Virus record (IMG/VR): IMGVR_UViG_3300016469_000176
Coordinates: 1-26,898 of that record
Reading direction: 5' to 3' (one strand)
DNA: 26,898 nucleotides
Source of the DNA: a virus
Lineage: Duplodnaviria > Caudoviricetes
The position numbers were made by a program, and so were the translations under genes. This document shows positions 14,302 through 21,868 of this stretch, in pieces (positions within the stretch are counted from its first letter, which is position 1; each line of letters opens with the position of its first letter). The notes below the pieces were generated by a model, which saw only the letters and a program-made list of their open reading frames with translations, was not told the origin of the DNA and ran no database searches.

Positions 14302-14547
14302 TTGAGTAACATAATAAATCTTAACGACAGACGACCAAAACCAGTTGATCCTTGGGGATACAACCAGCCAGTTTTGGTTGATAAACCTGGAAATCGTGAG
14401 GAACTTTGGAGTCATCCCTACTTTGGCATTAGCCTTATGATTTGGGCAACAGGAAGCCATAATTTTCCTGAACCCCCAACATCAGGGGGATCACCAGCAG
14501 CAGCAAATGTTAGACCTTATCAACGACTAAAGGCGGTAGCAGCATGA
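14302..14547 (+). CDS. Hypothetical protein ending in ...KAVAA
   Basis: GGAG RBS with TTG start; stop overlaps the next ATG. Confidence 0.7.
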   Translation: MSNIINLNDRRPKPVDPWGYNQPVLVDKPGNREELWSHPYFGISLMIWATGSHNFPEPPTSGGSPAAANVRPYQRLKAVAA

Positions 14548-14702
14548 AACCCCACAACCCAGAAGAAAGCTTTATCTGTGATGGTTGCGGTAGAGATACC
14601 AATCTTTACTACAGATCAGGATATGATGAAACCTTGTGTATTTTTTGTGACACATCAGACGATTACGAGGATTACTACGATGATGAGGATGATTATGAGT
14701 AA
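14544..14702 (+). CDS. Small CxxC...CxxC zinc-finger protein with acidic tail
   Basis: ATGA overlap; 52 aa MKPHNPEESFICDGCGRDTNLYYRSGYDETLCIFCDTSDDYEDYYDDEDDYE. Not in the ORF track. Confidence 0.7.
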   Translation: MKPHNPEESFICDGCGRDTNLYYRSGYDETLCIFCDTSDDYEDYYDDEDDYE

Positions 14703-14898
14703 GGTTTTCTTACTGCTTTCCTTCTTCTTTATTGCAGCTTGTCAGTCAGAAAGAACTTGCTATGAGAAAAACAATGACTCTCTTAGCGACCAAGCCATTG
14801 CAAGAGGGGAGGGGGTATTCCTCTATCAAATCTACAGCAATGACGACACAGATGCTTGTGACTTCACTGTCATAGGAGGATCACTTTATATGAAATAG
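14695..14898 (+). CDS. Small lipoprotein
   Basis: GAGG RBS; MSKVFLLLSFFFIAA-C lipobox-type signal; two further Cys. Confidence 0.72.
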   Translation: MSKVFLLLSFFFIAACQSERTCYEKNNDSLSDQAIARGEGVFLYQIYSNDDTDACDFTVIGGSLYMK

Positions 14899-14907
14899 GC
14901 TCCTACC

Positions 14908-14941
14908 TAATACTATAGAGTCTTATACTATATGTATTATT
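14908..14941 (+). repeat. AT-rich element, copy 2
   Basis: Matches 6087-6120; TAGAGACTCTAGTA at 14976 also occurs at 5838. Confidence 0.85.
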
Positions 14942-15111
14942 AATTATCTAATAGATAATAGATAATCTTAAGAACTAGAGACTCTAGTATTAGATGGTGT
15001 CGTGGAGAAAATTTTCAAGACCCACCACAAAAATAAAGTTGATGTTGTGGCAAAGAAGCAACAGTCTAGAGTGTTACTCACCCCTTGCGTTGTGTTGTAA
15101 AATTACTACAC

Positions 15112-15139
15112 TTGAAACTGTTGCTTCCTGCCCTATATG
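15112..15139 (+). promoter_or_regulatory. Putative promoter for tRNA-Leu and the replication module
   Basis: TTGAAA-16 bp-TATATG. Confidence 0.5.
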
Positions 15140-15166
15140 AACTAACACAGCCCCTTGCTGATAGCG

Positions 15167-15212
15167 AACGGCAAGAGACTTAAACCCTCTACAATGCGAG
15201 TTCGAATTTCGC
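15167..15212 (+). repeat. Partial duplicate of tRNA-Leu (D-loop to T arm)
   Basis: 45/46 identical to 15291-15336; lacks both acceptor strands. Confidence 0.9.
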
Positions 15213-15270
15213 TAACCCTGTCGTATGGGTGACAGTCGGGAAAGACCGGCACAAGTTTCAACCCCAATAG

Positions 15271-15347
15271 CCGGGTGTAGCCTAACTGGTAACGGCAAGA
15301 GACTTAAACCCTCTACAATGCGAGTTCGAATCTCGCCACCCGGACCA
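15271..15347 (+). tRNA. tRNA-Leu (TAA), atypical short variable loop
   Basis: CCGGGTG/CACCCGG acceptor, A73, CCA; AGAGA-CTTAAAC-CCTCT anticodon arm; 5-nt variable loop; GCGAG-TTCGAAT-CTCGC. Confidence 0.88.
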
Positions 15348-15573
15348 ATATGTCTTTATCCCTGCAAAACGGGAGTTAATCTCCATAGTTGCACGGCAGC
15401 CGGATCACAGCTACGCTTCAAACTCTGCTGGACGACAACCCTGCGATACTACCTCTAAAGTCAAATAAATCAGAAAGGACATGTTCTAGAATGATCGACT
15501 ATGTTATCTCTGTTGAATATGATCGCTTTCTTAAGCGTGCTGTTCTTCGAGTAAAGAAGGTAAGGTTGTTCTG

Positions 15574-15897
15574 ATGTATTATACGCCAGATAATTGGGTT
15601 GTAATCAAGTACCCAAATCACTATCGAATCCTTGCTGGTTGGTCTGGTGGATACACGCATGGTTCCTCCTGGCGTATAAACTCTGGTGTTGCTGAGGTAG
15701 TATATGAAGAACCCTATTATTACTTTAGGGGGGTCAGTGGTTCTTGTTATGCGTGTCATAAGAGTGCCTACGGCTTGAGGCCAAACAACGCATATGTTTG
15801 GATCCAACTTAAAGAGTTGCAAGGGGACAAGGTTTCTATTGTAGATGAAAACACTAATTGGTTAGAAGTGGACTGGTTGATTGGAACTAACGCATAA
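15574..15897 (+). CDS. Conserved phage hypothetical protein
   Basis: YTPDNWVVIK...AGWSGGY..GSSWRINSGV motif; AAGG upstream. Confidence 0.82.
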   Translation: MYYTPDNWVVIKYPNHYRILAGWSGGYTHGSSWRINSGVAEVVYEEPYYYFRGVSGSCYACHKSAYGLRPNNAYVWIQLKELQGDKVSIVDENTNWLEVDWLIGTNA

Positions 15898-17452
15898 ATC
15901 ATGCCCATATCAGCATTGTGGTAGTTCTGATGCCTTTACTTTCAACACAGACAAGGGGGTAGGATACTGTCATTCTTGTGGGACGTCTTATCCCTCTTCT
16001 AAAAAAGTGTTTGATTGGGCTAGAGAACGATATCCACCTAAACAAAACACCCGGTTTGAGGCTATTGAGGAAGACATGACGAAAGAGTATAGGGATCACC
16101 GGGGAATTACCTCTAGGACTATGCAGACTTATGATGTTGAAACTGACATTGATGAGTCTGGTAAAGAAATCCGCCACGGATACAAGTATCCCGATGGTAA
16201 AGTAAAGTATCGAGTTTTCCCAAAACAGTTTGTGGCTGACATTGGCCTTAAGACCGATGTTTTTTGGGGTATGAATAAGTTCAATGGTGGTTCCGCTAAA
16301 GCTGTTACTATCTGTGAGGGTGAGCTTGACGCTATGTCGGCTTATCAGATGACGGGCTCTAGGTATCCTTTCGTTTCTCTTCCTAGTGCAACCCCTAACC
16401 GTCGAATCCTTGAGAACTGCTTTGACTGGCTGAATAGTTTCGAGAAAATTTATCTGTCGCTTGATACGGACGACAAAGCAGAAAACTTCGCAATTAACCT
16501 GATGAACCTGTTTCCGGGTAGAGTCTATAAGATTAACCACGACAGGTTTAAGGATGCCAATGAGTTCCTGCAAGCTGGAGAAGCGCAAGCTTTTGTTTCT
16601 GCATGGCACAACGCAAAACTGTTTACTCCGTCCTCTATTCTTTCTGATCCCTCGGACTTCCTGAACCTTTACGAAGATACCCCGGATCACATGTATATCC
16701 CAACGGGTATTCCTGATCTGGACGAGAAAATTCTAGGGTTGATGCAAGGTCACTTTACGGTTCTTCTGGCTGAGACTGGTATCGGCAAGACGGAGCTTAT
16801 GCGTTACCTGCAATACAACCTGATCAAGAACCACCCCGACGTTAGGTTTGCTGCTTGGCATCTTGAAGAGACTCCGTTGCGTTCCCTTCTTGGCCTTGTG
16901 TCGTATGATCTTAATGACAACCTGACCCGTAAGGATATCATTGAGGAAAAGGGAAAGCAGGCAGAAGTAAAAGAGTCCATCAAGAGGATTACCGACAAAG
17001 GGAATTATTACCAGTTCTCCCTGAAAGAGAGTGACAGTGTTGAAGCTCTTATCGAGCAGGTAAGGTTCTTGTCTGAGGCTTGTGGTTGCAAGTATATCTT
17101 CTTTGAGCCTATCCAAGATGTTCTGGCTATCTCTGATGAAAAGGAAAAGGAAAGCAAACTTGCCTCGTTGAGTATTCAGTTGTCTAAGATGGCAGCTAAG
17201 CTTAACGTGGGAATTATTACCATCGCTCACACTAATGAGAATGGCGATCCTAAGTACTGCAAGATGATTAGTCAACGGGCATCTGTTCGTATCATATTGT
17301 CTCGTGACAAAGAGGCTGATAATCTTGTAGAGAAGAATACAACCTACTTGCGAGTGACAAAAAATCGTCCTTGTGGGTTGGAAGGCGATGCGGGGGCTTT
17401 GACATTCGACCCTCGAACGTTTACATTGGCTTCTAGAGAGGCAGGATTTTAA
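15881..17452 (+). CDS. DNA primase-helicase (T7 gp4-like)
   Basis: N-terminal Zn ribbon CPYQHC...CHSC, TOPRIM ICEGELDAMS and DTD, KDANEFL, DnaB-type Walker A AETGIGKT, KNRP. Confidence 0.95.
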   Translation: MELTHKSCPYQHCGSSDAFTFNTDKGVGYCHSCGTSYPSSKKVFDWARERYPPKQNTRFEAIEEDMTKEYRDHRGITSRTMQTYDVETDIDESGKEIRHGYKYPDGKVKYRVFPKQFVADIGLKTDVFWGMNKFNGGSAKAVTICEGELDAMSAYQMTGSRYPFVSLPSATPNRRILENCFDWLNSFEKIYLSLDTDDKAENFAINLMNLFPGRVYKINHDRFKDANEFLQAGEAQAFVSAWHNAKLFTPSSILSDPSDFLNLYEDTPDHMYIPTGIPDLDEKILGLMQGHFTVLLAETGIGKTELMRYLQYNLIKNHPDVRFAAWHLEETPLRSLLGLVSYDLNDNLTRKDIIEEKGKQAEVKESIKRITDKGNYYQFSLKESDSVEALIEQVRFLSEACGCKYIFFEPIQDVLAISDEKEKESKLASLSIQLSKMAAKLNVGIITIAHTNENGDPKYCKMISQRASVRIILSRDKEADNLVEKNTTYLRVTKNRPCGLEGDAGALTFDPRTFTLASREAGF

Positions 17453-17454
17453 GT

Positions 17455-17673
17455 ATGGGTTACGGTCCACATATTAACTGGTGCGCTAGGATGAGGTATA
17501 AAGACAAGCGCGAGTTTATTTTTGGCACCTTAAGCTTTCGATCTGGTGCAAAAGAACACGAGATAGAAAAAGCCCTTATAGAAAAAGCTTTAGAACACAT
17601 GCCCGAAGGTTTTACTCTAGTAGAGTTAATGAGGGGCGCTATTTTCTTCGTAGAGGAAGACCCGCAAATATGA
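17455..17673 (+). CDS. Hypothetical protein
   Basis: AGGA RBS; tightly packed with neighbours. Confidence 0.7.
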   Translation: MGYGPHINWCARMRYKDKREFIFGTLSFRSGAKEHEIEKALIEKALEHMPEGFTLVELMRGAIFFVEEDPQI

Positions 17674-18128
17674 AAATCAGGCACTACCCGTTGTTCGATA
17701 CAAAAGTAGTCGAAGAAATCTATTTTAAGAAAGATGGGGTGCCTATCACCTACGTTTGCACCAGTGGGGATAAAAACTCTACTTATGCAGTGGATATATT
17801 CTACCGTGAAACGCCGCATCCAAAGTTTGCTAATCGTTATTTTGGGCTATACAACAACCAAGACGCAAGATTGTATGCTGTAGCACAAGTTATGATCTGT
17901 AGTGCAGATTGGGTCGAAGACCTAACTTTCGATATGATTAAGTCAGAGGGCTGGTGGTATTACAGTTCTCACAGACACGACATGGTAAATACCGCCGTTG
18001 GGTTTATTGATGGCGGAAGGGCTTATACTCGTCTCGGAGGTAGTGTTATCCCCAAAGCAACAACTTTTGTTGTGCGTAATGGAAAATTCCTTAAAATCCC
18101 CCGCAGCCTTCACTTTCAACACTCTTGA
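17670..18128 (+). CDS. Phage hypothetical protein
   Basis: GAGG RBS, ATGA overlap; DIFYRETPHPKF..RYFG and YSSHRHD...IDGGRAY motifs. Confidence 0.8.
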   Translation: MKIRHYPLFDTKVVEEIYFKKDGVPITYVCTSGDKNSTYAVDIFYRETPHPKFANRYFGLYNNQDARLYAVAQVMICSADWVEDLTFDMIKSEGWWYYSSHRHDMVNTAVGFIDGGRAYTRLGGSVIPKATTFVVRNGKFLKIPRSLHFQHS

Positions 18129-18241
18129 AGATATAAAGAGGGCCGCTGAGTTTTGGTATGGTCGTTCAGAGGATCCATACTTGTTTTATGCAGACTTTAG
18201 GCTTATGGAAGGTGAGAGGCCAAATGATATCTTTACGGGTA

Positions 18242-18547
18242 ATGAAAATTAACGTTGGCGATGAAGTCCAAGTGTGGCAAGGTGTCACAGGTTGGTCTAA
18301 AGACACATACAAAGTTTTGCATATTCATAAATTAACTGAAGTTTTCGGACGAAGGCTTAGCCTAGAGATGGATCTCGATCCTGATCATTTGTGGGTACTT
18401 GTAGATTTTAGTGGAGACGTGCCGAGAAGCTACCCCCTAAGAGATGTTAGGCTGGTTTCAAAAGGGTTCTGTCTGCAAGGTAAATACTACGAGGTTTTCT
18501 TCGTAGACGGTAAACCTGATTGGAACTCCGTAAAGGAAGTTGTATGA
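18242..18547 (+). CDS. Hypothetical protein
   Basis: MKINVGDEV start inside ORF-track 18158-18547; stop overlaps the next ATG. Confidence 0.65.
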   Translation: MKINVGDEVQVWQGVTGWSKDTYKVLHIHKLTEVFGRRLSLEMDLDPDHLWVLVDFSGDVPRSYPLRDVRLVSKGFCLQGKYYEVFFVDGKPDWNSVKEVV

Positions 18548-18768
18548 GAACTCTTGAAGATGTTTGGGTTGTTTCTTCTGGCAACTATCGTGAGTATTTC
18601 TCAAAGCGTGAGGAAGCAATTGCTAGGCTGTCAGACAATGATCTGTTAGACGTTCTTCCTCACGGAACAGTGCTTGAACTTACGCACGGGTATCGTGTGG
18701 TAGACTTCGAACCGCCTAAGAAGAGGAAAAAAGAACCTAAGCCAAAGAAACCTAAACTTTTTACTTAG
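18544..18768 (+). CDS. Hypothetical protein with basic tail
   Basis: AAGGA RBS; MRTLEDVW start; ATGA overlap. Confidence 0.7.
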   Translation: MRTLEDVWVVSSGNYREYFSKREEAIARLSDNDLLDVLPHGTVLELTHGYRVVDFEPPKKRKKEPKPKKPKLFT

Positions 18769-18777
18769 AGGGGCCTA

Positions 18778-20661
18778 ATGCGTTTCATTGTAGTTGACTC
18801 GGAGACTGACGGGTTCCAAGACGTATGCACCAAAATCCATGTTCTAGGTTGGACAGAGGATGGTGTAAATTTTAATGCAACGAGCGACTACTTTGAAATG
18901 CGGCAGGTGCTTTCCGGTAGTCCTAAAGAGAGAAGGTTAGTTTGCCACAATGCTATTAGATTTGATTTACCTGTCTTCAATCGCCTTCTTGGGCGTGATC
19001 TTACCTATCGCGATTTTGTGGACACTCTCCCTCTTTCTTGGACGATCAATTATCAAAGGGATAAACATGGCCTTGAGTCCTACGGAGAAGCCTTTGGAGT
19101 TCCAAAGCCGAAGATCGAAGACTGGTCTAACGCTTCATACGAAGAATATGCACACCGTGTCAAGGAAGACGTAAAGATCAACTGGTTCCTCTGGAAAGAT
19201 TTGGAGAGGAAGCTTAATATTCTCTACGACAGAAACCAGTCAGAAATTCTTCGCTACGTTGACTACCTTGGTTTCAAGATGGACTGCGCTAGGGAGCAGG
19301 AAGCTAACCCTATCACGGTTGATCTTGAGTCTGCACAGAAGCACCTGACAGAGCTAGAGAGACAACGTGATGAGAAATATGTTGAACTGGCTGCTTCTAT
19401 GCCTATGGTTCCTATTCAAGAAACCAAGAGCTATCCAAAGAAGCCCTTCAAACAAGATGGAACCTTAAGTGCCCAAGGTATCAAGTGGCAAGCCTTTTTA
19501 GCTTCTCTAAAGCTGCCGTTGGATACGAAATCAGATGTAACTTACGTTAAAGAGTATGTTGCACCTAACCCACAGTCAGATGTTCAGATTAAAGAGTGGC
19601 TGTATCAGTTGGGTTGGGAACCTAAGACTTTCAAGTTTGATCGCAACAAGATTACGGGTGAGACTAAACAGATACCGCAGATCAGGTATCCTAAAGGCCA
19701 TGCAAATGAAGGGGAACTGTGTGAAGAAATTCTGGAATTGGCTGAAAAAGACCCCGCTGTTCAAGTTCTGGCGGGACTCTCCATCATCAAACACCGCGTA
19801 GGCTTTTTCAAAGGGTTTATCGAAAACCACAAGGATGAAAAGCTCGTTGCTTCTATTGACGGGCTTACCAACACTCTACGTTTCCAGCATAGGAAGCCGC
19901 TAGCAAACATCCCTGGTGTAGATAAACCTTGGGGAAAAGAGATTCGATCCTGTATTATTGCACCAGAGGGCTACGTTATCTGCGGATCTGATATGGTAAG
20001 CCTTGAGGACACAACCAAGAGGCACTACATTCAACCGCATGATCCTGAGTATGTTGAGGAAATGCAACAGCCGGGTTATGACCCGCACCTTAGCCTAGCT
20101 GTATTCGCTGGTGCTATGACTAAAGAACAATATTTGGAGCATACGACAGGAGTAAAAAAATATAACGAAATAAGAAAACCCTTCAAAGTTACAAACTATA
20201 GCTCTACCTATGGTATTCGTGAAAAGAAATTAGCTAGAGATCTTAATTGTTCTGTATCTTTTGCTAAAAGCCTGCTTGATGCTTTCTGGAAGAAGAATTG
20301 GGCAGTCCAGAAGGTTGCAGAAGACTGTGAAGTAAAGCACACTGGTCAGAGCATGTGGCTTAAAAACCCTGTGTCTGGCTTCTGGTATCAACTGAGGGCA
20401 GAAAAAGATCGCTTCTCAACCTTGAACCAAGGAACGGGTGTCTACTGCTTTGACACTTGGCTTTACTACGTTCGTGAGTTAGGTTGTGTTATAAATTTCC
20501 AATTTCACGACGAAAAAGGTTCTATACTTGAAGTTGGAAAAGAGGACGAAAGAAAAGATCTTCTAGAGAAAGCTATGGAAATGACTAACAACAAACTTAA
20601 GCTTAACGTCCCCTTGGGTATTGATGTTAAGTTCGGACCGAATTACTCCTGTGTCCACTAA
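18778..20661 (+). CDS. DNA polymerase, family A (T7-like) with 3'-5' exonuclease
   Basis: Exo I DSET, Exo II HNAIRFD, motif A GSDMVSLE, motif B RKPFKVTNYSSTYG (Tyr at the Pol I 762 position), motif C QFHDE. Confidence 0.96.
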   Translation: MRFIVVDSETDGFQDVCTKIHVLGWTEDGVNFNATSDYFEMRQVLSGSPKERRLVCHNAIRFDLPVFNRLLGRDLTYRDFVDTLPLSWTINYQRDKHGLESYGEAFGVPKPKIEDWSNASYEEYAHRVKEDVKINWFLWKDLERKLNILYDRNQSEILRYVDYLGFKMDCAREQEANPITVDLESAQKHLTELERQRDEKYVELAASMPMVPIQETKSYPKKPFKQDGTLSAQGIKWQAFLASLKLPLDTKSDVTYVKEYVAPNPQSDVQIKEWLYQLGWEPKTFKFDRNKITGETKQIPQIRYPKGHANEGELCEEILELAEKDPAVQVLAGLSIIKHRVGFFKGFIENHKDEKLVASIDGLTNTLRFQHRKPLANIPGVDKPWGKEIRSCIIAPEGYVICGSDMVSLEDTTKRHYIQPHDPEYVEEMQQPGYDPHLSLAVFAGAMTKEQYLEHTTGVKKYNEIRKPFKVTNYSSTYGIREKKLARDLNCSVSFAKSLLDAFWKKNWAVQKVAEDCEVKHTGQSMWLKNPVSGFWYQLRAEKDRFSTLNQGTGVYCFDTWLYYVRELGCVINFQFHDEKGSILEVGKEDERKDLLEKAMEMTNNKLKLNVPLGIDVKFGPNYSCVH

Positions 20662-21097
20662 AATTTGCACTGTTTGCTTAGAGAGCAAACCTTTAGAAAA
20701 TTACTACAACAGTAGGGTTACTAAAGATGGTAGGTCTTACCGCTGTAAAGATTGTGATAAAATAGCGGGATTGGCTTATAGAGAGTTACACAAGGAGAGA
20801 GATAGAACAAGAAGAAAGTGGGAGAGGATAAACAGATTGTATGGTCTTTCCAGAGAAGAATACTTAGAACTTTGGGAACTGCAATCTGGTAGTTGTGCTA
20901 TTTGTAGTCAACCTCTAAAAGAGGGTTGGAGTAAAAGTCACGACAAACACAGGGCAGTAGTAGATCACTGTCATAAAACTGGAAGAGTGAGGGGGCTACT
21001 TTGCACCATGTGTAACAAAGGTGTTGGTTTGTTAGGTGACACCTCAAGTCTGGTGTTTAAAGCCTATAAATATCTTAAAAAGACGGAGGCCCACTGA
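20621..21097 (+). CDS. Endonuclease VII-family nuclease (putative homing endonuclease)
   Basis: KICTVC...CKDC N-terminal domain; YGLSREEY...QSGSCAIC...VDHCHKTGRVRGLLCTMCNKGVG. Start may be GTG 20651. Confidence 0.9.
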   Translation: MMLSSDRITPVSTKICTVCLESKPLENYYNSRVTKDGRSYRCKDCDKIAGLAYRELHKERDRTRRKWERINRLYGLSREEYLELWELQSGSCAICSQPLKEGWSKSHDKHRAVVDHCHKTGRVRGLLCTMCNKGVGLLGDTSSLVFKAYKYLKKTEAH

Positions 21098-21288
21098 TGG
21101 ATATGACACTAGAAGAATACAACGATTTTTTGCTACACTTGGCAAATCAACACTACGGTTCATGGCGTTCAATCTCCAACTATTGGTTATCAAACTTTAT
21201 AGTAGGAGAAGTAACAAGCAACCCCCTTGACTTTAGCCCCTTCAACCCCTATATTAAACACTCTACAACAAGGAAACAACATGGCTGA
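21097..21288 (+). CDS. Hypothetical protein
   Basis: GGAGG RBS and TGATG coupling; the 3' half overlaps a promoter. Confidence 0.5.
   Translation: MDMTLEEYNDFLLHLANQHYGSWRSISNYWLSNFIVGEVTSNPLDFSPFNPYIKHSTTRKQHG
21227..21255 (+). promoter_or_regulatory. Sigma70-type promoter for the SSB/ThyX operon
   Basis: TTGACT-17 bp-TATATT. Confidence 0.7.
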
Positions 21289-21868
21289 TAAAGATAGCAA
21301 AACCGTTTGGGTCACCCTGCATGACGTTACCCTCTATTACCCGCAACTGTTTGAAAGCAACAGGGACAAAGGTGACGTTCATGCTGATACGCAAGGTGTG
21401 ACTAAAGTAACGGTTGCCCTTTCTGATGAGCAAGAGAAAGAACTGCTCGGACTTGGTGTCCCTGCAACTGCTCTTGGTTATCAAACTTTCAAGAATTACA
21501 CTATTGACGGCGTTAACTTCCGTGGTGCTGTGTTCAAGCGTCCGTGGTTCAGTAAATATCTTAAAGACGATGAAGGAAACCCTCAATTCGTTGGTGCCCC
21601 TAAAGTCTTTGACTTCAACAAGGCTGTTGAGCTTTGGAAAGAAGCCGGTGGCACTGGCCGTATTATGGACAACCACAAGGTTCAGTGGAAGATTGAAACT
21701 GATGGTCTGATCGGTAATGGTTCTAAGGCTAAGGTGAAAATCTCGGTTTATCGCGGGACTAACAAGGCTGGTAAGCCGACCTGTGTCATTCAACTGGAAG
21801 AGGTTGCAATCACCGATTTGGTGAAATATGATCGTCCTCCGCAAGACGAAGATGAGATTCGCTTCTGA
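21281..21868 (+). CDS. Single-stranded DNA-binding protein (T7 gp2.5-like)
   Basis: AAGGA RBS before ATG 21281; LIGNGSKAKV..L..V.I..LV.Y pattern; acidic tail ending in Phe (DEDEIRF); lies in the replication module. Confidence 0.78.
   Translation: MADKDSKTVWVTLHDVTLYYPQLFESNRDKGDVHADTQGVTKVTVALSDEQEKELLGLGVPATALGYQTFKNYTIDGVNFRGAVFKRPWFSKYLKDDEGNPQFVGAPKVFDFNKAVELWKEAGGTGRIMDNHKVQWKIETDGLIGNGSKAKVKISVYRGTNKAGKPTCVIQLEEVAITDLVKYDRPPQDEDEIRF

Noticed and set aside
15271-15347. Ochre suppressor tRNA (anticodon TTA) and stop-codon reassignment
   Set aside because: The canonical C32-U33 register gives UAA, and TAA, TAG and TGA all terminate well-conserved genes in the window.
15899-17470. Long - strand ORFs (263 and 245 aa)
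   Set aside because: Antisense shadows of the primase-helicase, favoured by its avoidance of TTA codons.
17998-18252. 84-aa ORF bridging 18128-18242
   Set aside because: It may be partly real (start near 18079), but it overlaps the upstream gene and has no clear RBS, so it was not called.
18778-20661. Intron or intein in the polymerase
   Set aside because: The ORF is continuous, of normal size, and has all motifs with no splicing signatures.
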